Shown piece by piece: positions 1 to 10,489 of a DNA stretch of 64,000 nucleotides (positions are counted from its first letter, which is position 1; every line of letters begins with the position of its first letter). Position numbers and translations under genes: made by a program. The stretch is taken from contig CAWJQQ010000008.1 of assembly GCA_963845065.1 (NCBI GenBank), positions 352,001 to 416,000 on the forward strand, read 5' to 3'. The notes beneath the pieces were generated by a model that saw only the letters and a list, made by a program, of their open reading frames with translations, searched no databases and had not been told where the DNA came from. The DNA is from Nitrospirota bacterium. GTDB lineage: Bacteria > Nitrospirota > UBA9217.

Positions 1-1
1 A

Positions 2-1186
2 GGAAAAGTAAAACGGCAATTCGTTTCCCTGGATCCCATCAAGCGGCTTCTAAGCGGAAGGTCGTCTCTCCCTGTGCTGGGCGATGATCCGCGAGACCTG
101 CACCAGGAAAAAATATTTTCTGCCGCTCCGATTTACCGCGGTGGCCGCATTGAGGGATATCTCTATATCATCCTGGGCAGTGAAGCGTTTGAGACCGAAG
201 CAGAGATGCTTCAAGGCAGTTACATTCTCCGCTTGAGTATCTGGGCCGTGGCGGGGGGTCTATTGTTCGCGCTCCTTGCCGCACTGCTCCTCTTTAGCCG
301 CATGACCAGGCCGCTCCGGCAGCTCGCAGTTCACATGGAGAATTTTCGGAAAGGCGGATTTGCCGAACCCCCACATCTGCCGGAGGGGCTCCGCGATCTT
401 CCTGATGATGAAATTGCCAGAATCTCCTCCATATTCATGCAGATGGCGGATCGGATCTCTGACCAGATCAAGGGCCTGAAGGAAGCTGACCGGCTTCGCA
501 GGGAATTTATCGCCAACATCGCTCACGATCTCAGAACCCCGCTCACCTCTCTGCAGGGGTATCTGGAAACCCTGCTCATGAAACTTGGCCGGCTCACGGA
601 CGACGAACAGCGAAATTACCTTGCCACGGCCGTAAAACATTCTGAGCGGCTGGGGAAGCTGGTTGAGGCGCTTTTCGAACTTGCGAAACTGGACTCGCCT
701 GACGTCCAGATCCGTCCTGAGCCCTTCTCGCTTGACGAACTCATCCAAGACATCCTGCAGAAATTTCGGCTCGCAGCTGATCAGAAGCGAGTCTCCCTCA
801 ACATGGATATTGCGAACGATTTACCGCACGTTAATGCAGATATAGGGCTCATCGAACGTGTGTTCGAGAACCTGATTGATAACGCCCTCCGGTATACTCC
901 AGCCGGTGGTGCAATTTATATCCGAGCCGATCGTGATCAAGATCGTGTCAGCGTACGAGTTTCAGATACGGGCACCGGGATCGCACAGGATAGTATTCCT
1001 CATCTCTTTGACCGTTACTACCGCGGGGATCGCAGCCGCAAGGATCTTAATGCGGGCTCAGGCCTTGGGCTTATCATTACGAAACGTATCCTGGAACTGC
1101 ATGGAAGCGATGTGGCGGTTACCAGCATGGTCACTAGCGGAACCACTTTCGTATTCAGCCTTCCGGTCTCCCGCACTACGCCATGA
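2..1186 (+). CDS. Sensor histidine kinase (HAMP-HisKA-HATPase), 5' end outside the window
   Basis: Frame open from base 2; TM helix, HAMP, H-box IAHDLRTPL, N-box NLIDNALRY, G boxes DTGTGI and GSGLGL. Confidence 0.93.
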   Translation, partial: GKVKRQFVSLDPIKRLLSGRSSLPVLGDDPRDLHQEKIFSAAPIYRGGRIEGYLYIILGSEAFETEAEMLQGSYILRLSIWAVAGGLLFALLAALLLFSRMTRPLRQLAVHMENFRKGGFAEPPHLPEGLRDLPDDEIARISSIFMQMADRISDQIKGLKEADRLRREFIANIAHDLRTPLTSLQGYLETLLMKLGRLTDDEQRNYLATAVKHSERLGKLVEALFELAKLDSPDVQIRPEPFSLDELIQDILQKFRLAADQKRVSLNMDIANDLPHVNADIGLIERVFENLIDNALRYTPAGGAIYIRADRDQDRVSVRVSDTGTGIAQDSIPHLFDRYYRGDRSRKDLNAGSGLGLIITKRILELHGSDVAVTSMVTSGTTFVFSLPVSRTTP

Positions 1187-1232
1187 GCGCAAGGCTTGCC
1201 TGATTGTATCAACCTTTAGTCATCCTATCCTC

Positions 1233-1271
1233 TGTGACGAACATGTTATTTCTCTGTGACCTTGTCGTGAT
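1233..1271 (+). promoter_or_regulatory. Four direct repeats with 11-bp period, candidate OmpR/PhoB-family operator
   Basis: TGTGAC(1233), TGTTAT(1244), TGTGAC(1255), CGTGAT(1266), just downstream of a HisKA kinase gene. Confidence 0.6.
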
Positions 1272-1333
1272 CATCGTGTGGTATTTTATGATCAGTCGGA
1301 GGGAAATAACAGGATACAAAGCGGAGGTGCTCC

Positions 1334-1681
1334 ATGCGAAAGAAGTCTACCATACTATGGTTGGGCATCGTCGTCCTTGTTCTCTACGGAATCATGCATT
1401 ATGGATTGGGGATGGGTAGTCCATTGCCGTTCATGTTGATGAGTAATGACTCTGCTGTAGCCCAGGAAGCGGGCACGGCAAAAGTTGTCTTTGCAGTTCA
1501 CTGTTACGATGAGGGTAGTAACGCACTAATGGGGATGAAGGGAATACTAAAGGTTGAACGAGGATTCCGGAATTTTCGGGAGATCAATACAGTTTATTAT
1601 GATCCTAACGTAATCACGATAGAGGAGATGGAAAAAGCCTTGAAAAATGTCGGGACATATAAGGAAACTATCCGGGAATAA
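1334..1681 (+). CDS. Small membrane-anchored/exported protein with HMA-like C-terminal domain
   Basis: GGAGG RBS; N-terminal hydrophobic helix; VYYDPNVITIEEMEKAL resembles HMA C-terminus; single Cys in VHCYD. Confidence 0.6.
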   Translation: MRKKSTILWLGIVVLVLYGIMHYGLGMGSPLPFMLMSNDSAVAQEAGTAKVVFAVHCYDEGSNALMGMKGILKVERGFRNFREINTVYYDPNVITIEEMEKALKNVGTYKETIRE

Positions 1682-1751
1682 TCGTGCAATGAAGATATTC
1701 AGAATGGAGTTTCAAAGAAGTATAATATAGGGAGAAAGTGAGGGTATCGTT

Positions 1752-2864
1752 ATGATATACAGAATCATTCTCGGAACGTTGTTAATCTTGCCGCTCATGG
1801 CAATGAATGTTAATGCGGTTTCAAAGCAGGGGGGAAGCAATATGGACCATATGGATAAGGCCACATTTGCGGGCGGCTGCTTTTGGTGTATGACACCGCC
1901 CTTCGAAAAGTTGGACGGAGTGAAAGAAGTGATTTCCGGATATACCGGAGGCCACACGGTCAATCCAACCTATGAAGACGTGACTTCGGAGACGACGGGC
2001 CATATGGAATCCGTTGAGGTTATTTACGATCCGTCAAAAATAAGCTACGAGCAACTACTCGATGTATTCTGGAGGCAGATCAACCCGACTGATGCGGGTG
2101 GCCAGTTTGTGGACCGTGGACCATCGTACAGGACCGCTATATTTTACCATAACGAGGAGCAGAAGCGGCTTGCCGAGGAATCGAAAAAGAAGCTTGCACA
2201 GTCTGGACGATTCGACAAACCGATTGTGACCGAGATTCTGCCCGCGGGCCCCTTCTATAAGGCTGAGGAGTATCATCAGGACTATTGGAAGAAAAACCCC
2301 ATCCGGTATAAATTCTACCGCTATAATGCGGGACGCGATCAGTATCTTGAAAAGATCTGGGGCAAGGAGAAGGAGAAACCGATGCAGACATCAATGACTG
2401 ATCCACCAATGTCTTATGATGCGTATGTGAAACCCAGTAAGGATGAGTTGAAGAAGCGCCTCACACCCATGCAGTTCCAGGTTACGCAGGAGGAAGGAAC
2501 AGAGCCTCCCTTTAATAATGAATACGCGGACAATCATAGACCCGGCATCTACGTCGACATCGTATCAGGCGAGCCCTTATTCAGCTCGCTCGACAAATAC
2601 GATTCCGGCACAGGATGGCCGAGCTTTACCAAGCCGCTCGAATCGGGCAATGTTGTTACTAAGGAGGACAGGACGTGGTATCTCGCGGTCAGGACCGAGG
2701 TCAGAAGTAAACACGCTGATTCGCACCTGGGCCATGTGTTCGATGACGGTCCTGCTCCTACTCACCTGCGATATTGCATGAATTCAGCGGCTCTCAGGTT
2801 CATTCCGAAGGAAGATCTGGTAAAGGATGGCTATGGGAAGTATGCCAAGCTGTTTGAGAAATAG
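1752..2864 (+). CDS. msrAB: Fused peptide methionine sulfoxide reductase MsrA/MsrB with probable signal peptide
   Basis: [15 protein letters not shown] (MsrA); GWPSF, HLGHVF, RYCMNS (MsrB). Confidence 0.96.
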   Translation: MIYRIILGTLLILPLMAMNVNAVSKQGGSNMDHMDKATFAGGCFWCMTPPFEKLDGVKEVISGYTGGHTVNPTYEDVTSETTGHMESVEVIYDPSKISYEQLLDVFWRQINPTDAGGQFVDRGPSYRTAIFYHNEEQKRLAEESKKKLAQSGRFDKPIVTEILPAGPFYKAEEYHQDYWKKNPIRYKFYRYNAGRDQYLEKIWGKEKEKPMQTSMTDPPMSYDAYVKPSKDELKKRLTPMQFQVTQEEGTEPPFNNEYADNHRPGIYVDIVSGEPLFSSLDKYDSGTGWPSFTKPLESGNVVTKEDRTWYLAVRTEVRSKHADSHLGHVFDDGPAPTHLRYCMNSAALRFIPKEDLVKDGYGKYAKLFEK

Positions 2865-2890
2865 CCATTGACGAAAGCATGCATTGTGCT

Positions 2891-3077
2891 GGAAGATAAA
2901 CTATCGCCGCAGAGGCTAAGAGACATGGTGGAAAGCGGAAAAACATTAACACTGAACATGATTGTATTGAATCCGTTTCGTTTACCCGGGTAGATTACGA
3001 ATAATTTGTGGATATCCGTTTTTCAATATAAAGTACTTTCCCTGTGCCTCAGCGCCTCCGTGGTAAGTAACTTTTCC
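2891..3077. repeat. Long imperfect inverted-repeat intergenic element
   Basis: CCGCAGAGGCTAAGAGACATGG near the left end pairs with CCTGTGCCTCAGCGCCTCCGTGG near the right end. Confidence 0.5.
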
Positions 3078-3116
3078 CGTGTGAAAACATGAAAGAGCCG
3101 ATACCTCAGCTGAATA

Positions 3117-3812
3117 TTACACCATGGCGGCGAGGTCGGTGATTGTTTTAACTATGTGATCAGCTGTAAACCCGAGTTCCTCGGGCGGTTCTCCCTGACT
3201 ACGCAGGATCCAGAAGGTGGCCAGTCCGGCGGATGCTGCACCGTTGATGTCCCACGAGTTTGAAGATACAAAACCCAATTCGGCGTGACTAACCTTCATT
3301 CTTCCGGGGCCAAGGTTATATACCTGGGGGCTTGGTTTATAGATCCCGACTTCCTCGACACTGAAAATTCCATCTAGGAGACTGGACAGACCGCCATTTT
3401 TCACCGCTGCTTCCAACATTTTTGGTTCGCCATTTGACAGAATGGCAAGATGCAGGCCCTTATTCTTCAGAGCGACCAGCCCAGGCATGACATCGGGAAA
3501 TACGGCGAGACTTAGATAGGCTTCCATTAAACGCTTGCGCGTTTCGGGAGTTACATCCAGCTGTAGGCTTTTTGCAGCATAAACGAGCCCATCCTCGGTT
3601 AACTTCCAAAAATCTCTGTGACGACCCATCAGGCTACGCAAGAGACTGTACTGCAGTTGTTTTACTCGCCAGAGTTGAGCCAAGGCATTTCCTCGGCCGG
3701 GGAATAGCTGTTCACACAATGCAGTCACTGAAAAAACATCGAATATTGTTCCGTACGCATCGAAAGCAAATGCCTTTATATTATTTATGCTGGAAGATTC
3801 TGCGTGTTCCAT
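3117..3812 (-). CDS. Haloacid dehalogenase type II (HAD family)
   Basis: FDAYGT motif I, LSNG, YKP, SSNSWD; start placed at MEHAES. Confidence 0.9.
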   Translation of the reverse strand: MEHAESSSINNIKAFAFDAYGTIFDVFSVTALCEQLFPGRGNALAQLWRVKQLQYSLLRSLMGRHRDFWKLTEDGLVYAAKSLQLDVTPETRKRLMEAYLSLAVFPDVMPGLVALKNKGLHLAILSNGEPKMLEAAVKNGGLSSLLDGIFSVEEVGIYKPSPQVYNLGPGRMKVSHAELGFVSSNSWDINGAASAGLATFWILRSQGEPPEELGFTADHIVKTITDLAAMV

Positions 3813-4566
3813 GTCTCGTATCTCTTTCTGTTTGATCGCATTATAATAAACAATGAAGTTCAATTTGTCGTACTATGGCAGCTTAGACCATCATATCTAA
3901 CAGTGTACCATAATGATTATGAGGTATTGCCTTATTTTTTCTGAATATAGCGTGAAAAGAATTCACATATGTAATCTGCATAGGTTGCGGGAGCGGGCGC
4001 ATTGGGCGTCGAAATTCGATTAATCGGCACAGTCACACCAAGAAATGTGCGACCTGTTTGCTTGCGCTTCGTAACAGATGTAAAGCACTCAAAAGGTAAT
4101 TTAATACGTCTTTAGTACTATTATAAATGTATTCTTAATCGGTTACTTTTTGTATCTTCCTCTACGATGTCTAATTACTTTTTGTTACGTATTTTTAATG
4201 GTGTGGACATCGCATAATTGATTTTTAGAGTGAGGTTTTCCAAAAAATGCTAAGTGCCTATTTATTAATGTGTAATTTTATGTAAACTAAAATTTTATCC
4301 AGTACTCGTTTTTTTCATGTAAAAATCTAAATAAAAAAATAAAAGATAAAAAAACATATTGATTTCATTAAAATTAAAAATTGCTTTGCTACTGCAGATC
4401 AATAAAAGTCTGTTTAAACTTTGTGCAACAATTAATGCATAAATGAGTAAACGTTCCTCAGCTCACTAGCTGATAATGTCTTTCAGCGCTTTTCTAGAAA
4501 AATTGGTATCTATCTTGCTATTTTTTAGGCATGCATTCCACTGTAAAGGCGAAGAACGGCGGCAAT

Positions 4567-6465
4567 GTGATTCTGGAAGACATTATTGTCTTTCTGAAGA
4601 AGGTGCCGCCATTCCAATTTCTTGACAGTGAAAAACTGCAATCCGTGGCACATAACATGTCACTGGAGTTCTATCCCAAGGACACAGTGATTCTGAAACA
4701 GAACGAGCCACCGAGCGACGCCCTTCGCATAATTAAAAAGGGTGGCGTGAAAGTATCGATGCTGTCAGAGAGCAGAGATGAGGTTGTGATCGATTACCGC
4801 GGCGAAGGCGATACCTTCGGCTTCCTGTCGATGGTCGGCAAGGACCGCATCCGGTCGAACGTTACGGCCGTGGACGATACGCTCTGTTACTTGCTGGGCA
4901 AGGAGATGCTTCAAAAGCTCCTCGATACACAACCCTCCTTCACTGAATACTTCCTGAAGTCGCACATCACCAGATACATCGACCATACCTATAAAGAGAT
5001 GCAAGACAAGAGCATGTTCTACGGAGGGAGCGACCGGCTACTGTTCACGACCCGTGTTGGCGACACGGCGATCAAGGATGTGGTATCCGCACGGGAGAAC
5101 ACCTCGATCCGCGAGACTGCGCTAATCATGTCCGAACACCGGATCAGCTCGATCGTCGTCATGAATGCCGACAATCTTCCGACGGGAATAGTCACTGACC
5201 GTGACCTTCGCGAGAAGGTGGTGGCACGAGGGAGGGATGTCAGGGAGCCGATAAGGAATATTATGAGCACTACTCTCATCCGGGTTGATGCTCGCGACTA
5301 TTGCTTCGAGGCCGTGCTCAAGATGCTCAAGTACAATATTCACCACATCCTTGTTGTGAAGGAGGGCAGCCTTGCAGGGGTAATCACGAACCACGACCTC
5401 ATGCTGCTGCAGGGCACGTCTCCGCTTTCGCTCACCAAGGATATCGAGTACCAGCAGTCCATCGAAGGGCTCATCCTGGTATCGAAGAAAATCAATGGCA
5501 TCATCGGTCTTCTCCTGAAGGAGGGTGCGCGGGCGAGCAATATAACCAAGGTCATCACCGAGATCAGTGATCGGCTTGTCCGGAAGATCCTGGAAATCGC
5601 AGAACGAAAGCTCGGCCAGCCGCCGGTTGCCTATTGTTGGATCGTGTTCGGGAGCGAGGGACGGAAGGAACAGACGTTTAATACCGACCAGGACAATGCG
5701 ATTATCTACTCCGATCCGGTCACGGAGGACGAGTCAGAAAAGGCCAAGAAGTATTTTGGCCGTTTTGCCGAATACGTCCGGGACGGACTTCTCCTGTGCG
5801 GCTATCCGCTCTGCTCTGCCGATTATATGGCTACCAACGCCCAGTGGCGCCAGCCGCTCAGCACCTGGAAAAAATATTTAATGAGCTGGATCTCGATGCC
5901 GACGCCCGAGGCAGTCCTCAACTCGGTAGCGTTCTTCGATTTCCGCTTCATAGCGGGCGAAGCAGCGCTTGCCGAAGATCTCCGGGATTATTTGAACGAT
6001 CAGCTGAATGACCAGGAAGTGTTTTTCCGGCACTTGGCCAACCAGGCGATCCAAAACCGTCCTCCCATCGGTTTTTTCAAGTCCTTCGTTGTTGAAAAAG
6101 AGGGAGAGCATAAGGACGAATTGAACCTTAAGATAAAAAGCATCGCGCCCCTCGTTGATCTGGTTCGGCTGTTGGCGCTCGAAAAAGGGATCCGTGAGAC
6201 GTCCACCCGCGAGCGTATCGAGAAGCTCAAAACTTCTCATTTGATCGTTCAGAAATATGGAGACGAGCTCGAGCAGGCCTTCGACTTTATGATGCTCCTT
6301 CGCATCCACCACCAATTTGCCCAGATCAGCTCGGGCCGGTCCCCGGGCAACTTCATCAACCCGAACAAGCTGAGCAACCTCGAAAAGCGTTCGATCAAAG
6401 AGGCGTTCCATCTCATCTCAAAGGTCCAGAATCTTATTTTCGAAAGGTACAAGTCGCTGATATGA
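4567..6465 (+). CDS. cNMP-binding + CBS pair + DUF294 nucleotidyltransferase-like protein
   Basis: N-terminal cNMP domain, GIVTDRDLR CBS, FGSEGRKEQTFNTDQDNA nucleotidyltransferase motif; start may be 4531. Confidence 0.92.
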   Translation: MILEDIIVFLKKVPPFQFLDSEKLQSVAHNMSLEFYPKDTVILKQNEPPSDALRIIKKGGVKVSMLSESRDEVVIDYRGEGDTFGFLSMVGKDRIRSNVTAVDDTLCYLLGKEMLQKLLDTQPSFTEYFLKSHITRYIDHTYKEMQDKSMFYGGSDRLLFTTRVGDTAIKDVVSARENTSIRETALIMSEHRISSIVVMNADNLPTGIVTDRDLREKVVARGRDVREPIRNIMSTTLIRVDARDYCFEAVLKMLKYNIHHILVVKEGSLAGVITNHDLMLLQGTSPLSLTKDIEYQQSIEGLILVSKKINGIIGLLLKEGARASNITKVITEISDRLVRKILEIAERKLGQPPVAYCWIVFGSEGRKEQTFNTDQDNAIIYSDPVTEDESEKAKKYFGRFAEYVRDGLLLCGYPLCSADYMATNAQWRQPLSTWKKYLMSWISMPTPEAVLNSVAFFDFRFIAGEAALAEDLRDYLNDQLNDQEVFFRHLANQAIQNRPPIGFFKSFVVEKEGEHKDELNLKIKSIAPLVDLVRLLALEKGIRETSTRERIEKLKTSHLIVQKYGDELEQAFDFMMLLRIHHQFAQISSGRSPGNFINPNKLSNLEKRSIKEAFHLISKVQNLIFERYKSLI

Positions 6466-6609
6466 TGACTGCCAAGTTCTGAATGCGGAATCCGGATGGA
6501 ACGGTGAAAAGCCGGGAGACCGGGAGGGGAACAAACCGGAAGCCGTGAGAAAAGAAGCGGAATTTCGAGTTCGAATTTTGCTTGCGGAGTGAAGGGCTGG
6601 GAAATTTAC

Positions 6610-7106
6610 AAACTCAAGCCCGAGAGCGTGGTCATTCATGAGTTTGCCCGATCGGATGTGGTTGCGTCACCGGTCATCGAAACCGTCATCGGGAGTTACA
6701 TGCTTTTTTGTCGGGACGATATCCCTGTCGGCCATTTTAACTCGGTCGACCTGATATTTCTGTCAGCGAGAAGTGGGGGCGGCAACGAAAAGATCCCGAT
6801 CGGCGTGATCATTCCCTCAGTCTTTATCAGTGGCCGCGAAATGTGCGGGGGACATCGAGAGGCCGCCTTATCACACCGTTCGACGCGGTACCGTCTTTAC
6901 GATATGATGAGGTGTTTCGGCATAGCGATAAACGGCGTCCACAACACAGTGATGGAAACCTATTCAGCGACGCAGATTTTTTAAGGGGCGCTCTGCCGCT
7001 GCTCGATCAAGCGACGGCAAAAGACATCGACGATCTGCTGGGATTGGAATGCCGTTTAAAAGGGGGTGATCGGATTGGAGCATTAGGCGACTCCAATAAT
7101 TTTTAG
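6610..7106 (+). pseudogene. Degenerate 3'-5' exonuclease (DEDDh) paralog of 16114..16818
   Basis: VIHE, VGHF..DL.FL, YRLYD, NGVHN and C-terminal GGD...NF align to the intact copy; ExoI motif missing, premature stop and frameshift near 6980. Confidence 0.8.
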
Positions 7107-7201
7107 CGTCAAAAAAAAATATTAAGGAGGGGAATACGAGCAAGTTGAAAAGGAAGGCATCTTGAATGACCTGTATTTTCCAGACCTTTATGATGCGTGG
7201 T

Positions 7202-7250
7202 CCGGCGTGTAAGATGCGTTTCCGAAAAGCCAAGTGGCGGTAAACATGCA
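7202..7250 (+). promoter_or_regulatory. Two tandem sigma54-like GG-N10-GC motifs upstream of satP
   Basis: CCGGCGTGTAAGATGC (GG 7204) and TGGCGGTAAACATGCA (GG 7236). Confidence 0.35.
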
Positions 7251-7410
7251 CTCACTGTTGTGTGAGGTGCATTGAGAAGCTTCAAAACGGCAGCATAATG
7301 TTACACTGCTCGGAACGAAGGGGAGGAGAAACAGGGAATACAACTTACTATTTGAGTTATAGCGATTTCTACTCGACCGAATAAACTACTAAACAAAAAG
7401 GAGAAAGAAC

Positions 7411-7992
7411 ATGAGTGACATAAAATTGGGTAACCCTGCTGTTGTTGGTCTTGGCGGTTTCGGTATGACGACGCTTGTTTTGCAATGCCATAACCTCGGC
7501 TGGTGCGGTATTGCTCCAGTTATCTGGATCGGACTCTGCTTTGGTGGCACGGCTCAGTTGATCGCCGGATTACTTGAATTTAAAACCGGAAACAATTTCG
7601 GTTTTTGCGCCTTCACCGGGTACGGGGCATTCTGGATATCGCTCTGTCTGATGCTGATATTCGGCACGAACGGGGACCTGACAAAAAGCTTTGGGGTCCT
7701 GAAGTTCACGGGAATCGACCTGGGCTTTTACCTTGTGATGTGGACCATATTCACAATAATACTCTTCATCATTTCCATGAAACACCACACCGCCCTTGCT
7801 CTTTTATTCCTGACGCTTGTAATCGGGTTTATCGGTCTGGACCTTAAGGAACTGGCTGAAAACGCTGCTGCTGGGACCTTTGCCGCATGGGATCTGATAG
7901 TCTGCGCCGCCTTGGCACTTTACCTGATGATGGTTAACGTGGCAAGCGAATCCGGGATGAAACTGCCTGTCGGGAAACCGTGGATCGCGTAA
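7411..7992 (+). CDS. satP: Acetate uptake channel, GPR1/FUN34/YaaH family
   Basis: GNPAVVGLGGFG signature, AFTGYGAFW, six TM helices. Confidence 0.92.
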   Translation: MSDIKLGNPAVVGLGGFGMTTLVLQCHNLGWCGIAPVIWIGLCFGGTAQLIAGLLEFKTGNNFGFCAFTGYGAFWISLCLMLIFGTNGDLTKSFGVLKFTGIDLGFYLVMWTIFTIILFIISMKHHTALALLFLTLVIGFIGLDLKELAENAAAGTFAAWDLIVCAALALYLMMVNVASESGMKLPVGKPWIA

Positions 7993-8080
7993 TTTTCCAT
8001 CTGGATTAAGGGGGGGGGGCCCTTTGTCTGCCCCGATCTTATAGGGCAATGCTCCGAAATCCGACAGGAGGAATATAAAA

Positions 8081-10153
8081 GTGACAGACCATAAAGAAAA
8101 GAAAAAAGAAGAAAGAGAAGTCGTAGAAACATCTGAAGCGCAGATCGCCGTTCACTGGCAGGAGGAAAGTTATTTTGAAGCTTCCCCGCAGTTTATAGGC
8201 CAGGCAAACATGACAGACCCGAACATCTACGAGCGCTTCAGTCTGAAGAACTTCCCGGAATGCTTTAAAGAATATGGCGACATGCTCTCCTGGTACGAGT
8301 ACTGGCATACGATCCTCGATACCAGCGACGCCCCTTGCTTTAAGTGGTTCGTGGGCGGGAAGATAAACGCCAGTTACAACTGTGTCGACAGACATCTTGC
8401 AAAGAACAGAAACAAGACGGCAATCCATTTCGTCCCGGAGCTTGAGACTGAAAAGGTTGAGCATATCACGTATCAGGAGCTGTATGTCCGGGTGAACGAG
8501 ATGGCCGCGCTCCTTCAAAGCTTGGGCCTGAAGGCAGGAGACAGGGTAACGCTTCACCTTCCCATGGTGGGAGAGCTCCCCGTAACGATGCTTGCCTGCG
8601 CCAGGCTCGGCGTGATTCACTCCGAGGTGTTTGGAGGCTTCAGCGGCAAGGCGTGCGCAGACAGGATCGTAGATTCGGGAAGCCATATCCTGATAACGAT
8701 GGACGCCTATTACCGGGGCGGCAAGCTTATCGACCACAAGGAAAAGGCCGATATCGCCGTTACAGAGGCGAAAAAGGAAAACCAGAAGGTCGACAAGGTC
8801 CTGATATGGCAGCGGTATCCCGGGAAAAACTCAAGCCCCACGCCGATGGTGCATGGCCGCGACTTCTTCGTGAATGACATGCTCAAGGATTTTTACGGAA
8901 AGAGAATCGAACCGGTCCCCATGCCGGCCGAAGCACCCCTCTTTCTGATGTACACCAGCGGCACCACAGGAAAGCCCAAGGGTGCTCAGCACAGCACCGG
9001 CGGTTACCTGGCCTATGTGACCGGTACGTCAAAGTACATTCAGGACATACATCCAGAGGACGTGTACTGGTGCATGGCGGACATCGGATGGATCACCGGC
9101 CATTCATACATCGTTTACGGCCCCTTAGCGCTCTGCGCATCAAGCGTTATTTACGAGGGAATACCCACCTATCCCGATGCGGGACGGCCTTGGAGAATTG
9201 CACAAGACCTCGGCGTTAACATCTTCCATACCGCGCCCACGACGATACGCGGCCTCAGAAAGGTCGGTCCTGATGAGCCGGCAAAATATAACTATCATTT
9301 CAAGCACATGACCACCGTAGGAGAGCCGATCGAGCCCGAGGTGTGGAAGTGGTACTATCACGAGGTCGGAAAAGGCGAGGCGGCGATTGTGGACACCTGG
9401 TGGCAGACGGAGAATGGCGGTTTCCTTTGCAGCACGATACCTGCCCTGAAACCGATGAAGCCAGGCAGCGCAGGCCCGGGAGTGCCCGGTATTCATCCGA
9501 TCATCTTCGACGATGAGGGAAATGAAGTCAAGATGGGAGCAGGCAAGGCAGGTAATATCTGCATCCAGAATCCGTGGCCGGGAATGTTCCAGACGATATG
9601 GGGAGACCGTGCGCGGTTCATCAGCACCTATTTTGCGCGGTACAACAAAAATAAGAACAGTAAGGACTGGCGCGACTGGCCCTATCTTACCGGCGACGCC
9701 GCGGTGCAGGCCAATGACGGATATTATCGTATCCTTGGGAGGATCGACGACGTTATCAATGTTTCCGGACACAGACTGGGAACAAAAGAACTCGAGTCTG
9801 CTGCGCTCACCGCTCCGGAAGTCGCGGAAGCTGCCGTTGTTCCCGTGAGACATGAAGTCAAAGGGAAGGAACCCGATCTGTATGTTTCCTTGAAACCCGG
9901 ATTCAAGCCGAGTGCCCAACTCGCCAAGGATATCTCAAATGCCATTGTCCGTGAAATCGGCGCTATTGCAAGGCCGAGGAAGGTCTGGATTGTGCCTGAC
10001 ATGCCGAAGACCCGCTCAGGAAAGATCATGCGCAGAGTACTCGGCGCTATTTCTAACGGCACGGAAGTGGGCGATGTCATGACGCTGGCTAATCCCGAAA
10101 TTGTCGAAGCGATCACGAAAATGGTGCAGGGAGAGGCAAAGGCCGAGTTTTAG
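8081..10153 (+). CDS. acs: AMP-forming acetyl-CoA synthetase, copy 1
   Basis: YTSGTTGKPKG, DTWWQTE, GHRLGT, PKTRSGKIMRR; GTG start with GGAGG RBS. Confidence 0.96.
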   Translation: MTDHKEKKKEEREVVETSEAQIAVHWQEESYFEASPQFIGQANMTDPNIYERFSLKNFPECFKEYGDMLSWYEYWHTILDTSDAPCFKWFVGGKINASYNCVDRHLAKNRNKTAIHFVPELETEKVEHITYQELYVRVNEMAALLQSLGLKAGDRVTLHLPMVGELPVTMLACARLGVIHSEVFGGFSGKACADRIVDSGSHILITMDAYYRGGKLIDHKEKADIAVTEAKKENQKVDKVLIWQRYPGKNSSPTPMVHGRDFFVNDMLKDFYGKRIEPVPMPAEAPLFLMYTSGTTGKPKGAQHSTGGYLAYVTGTSKYIQDIHPEDVYWCMADIGWITGHSYIVYGPLALCASSVIYEGIPTYPDAGRPWRIAQDLGVNIFHTAPTTIRGLRKVGPDEPAKYNYHFKHMTTVGEPIEPEVWKWYYHEVGKGEAAIVDTWWQTENGGFLCSTIPALKPMKPGSAGPGVPGIHPIIFDDEGNEVKMGAGKAGNICIQNPWPGMFQTIWGDRARFISTYFARYNKNKNSKDWRDWPYLTGDAAVQANDGYYRILGRIDDVINVSGHRLGTKELESAALTAPEVAEAAVVPVRHEVKGKEPDLYVSLKPGFKPSAQLAKDISNAIVREIGAIARPRKVWIVPDMPKTRSGKIMRRVLGAISNGTEVGDVMTLANPEIVEAITKMVQGEAKAEF

Positions 10154-10197
10154 AATCGCAAACGAAGTCAGATTGATGACAGACACATATGCACAGT

Positions 10198-10233
10198 AGG
10201 GGGGCTGGAGAGTTTCTCCGGCCCCCCTCTCTT
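10198..10233 (+). terminator. Probable intrinsic terminator
   Basis: GGGGGGCTGGAGA/TCTCCGGCCCCCC hairpin after acs. Confidence 0.6.
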
Positions 10234-10489
10234 GTCAGCATGCAATAGCATTAAGAAGTGACGGCGCGGAATTCGAGGACTTACTGAAAAGGCCACTTCT
10301 AAGGCGACATGATCATGTTTATTTTATAGGCCCGTTTTGTCCGGGATCATTCTTTGGCCCATACCTTCATATAGTTATCGTGTTAAGGCAGGACTCCCCC
10401 GGCGGGGATGTGGCACGACCGGGATAACCGCATGAATATCAGTCACTCCAGACAGGCGTGCGGATGGCATCAATATACGGAAGACCAAC

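Noticed and set aside
1752..2864. MsrA/MsrB as additional selenoproteins
   Set aside because: Catalytic codons are Cys codons; no in-frame TGA.
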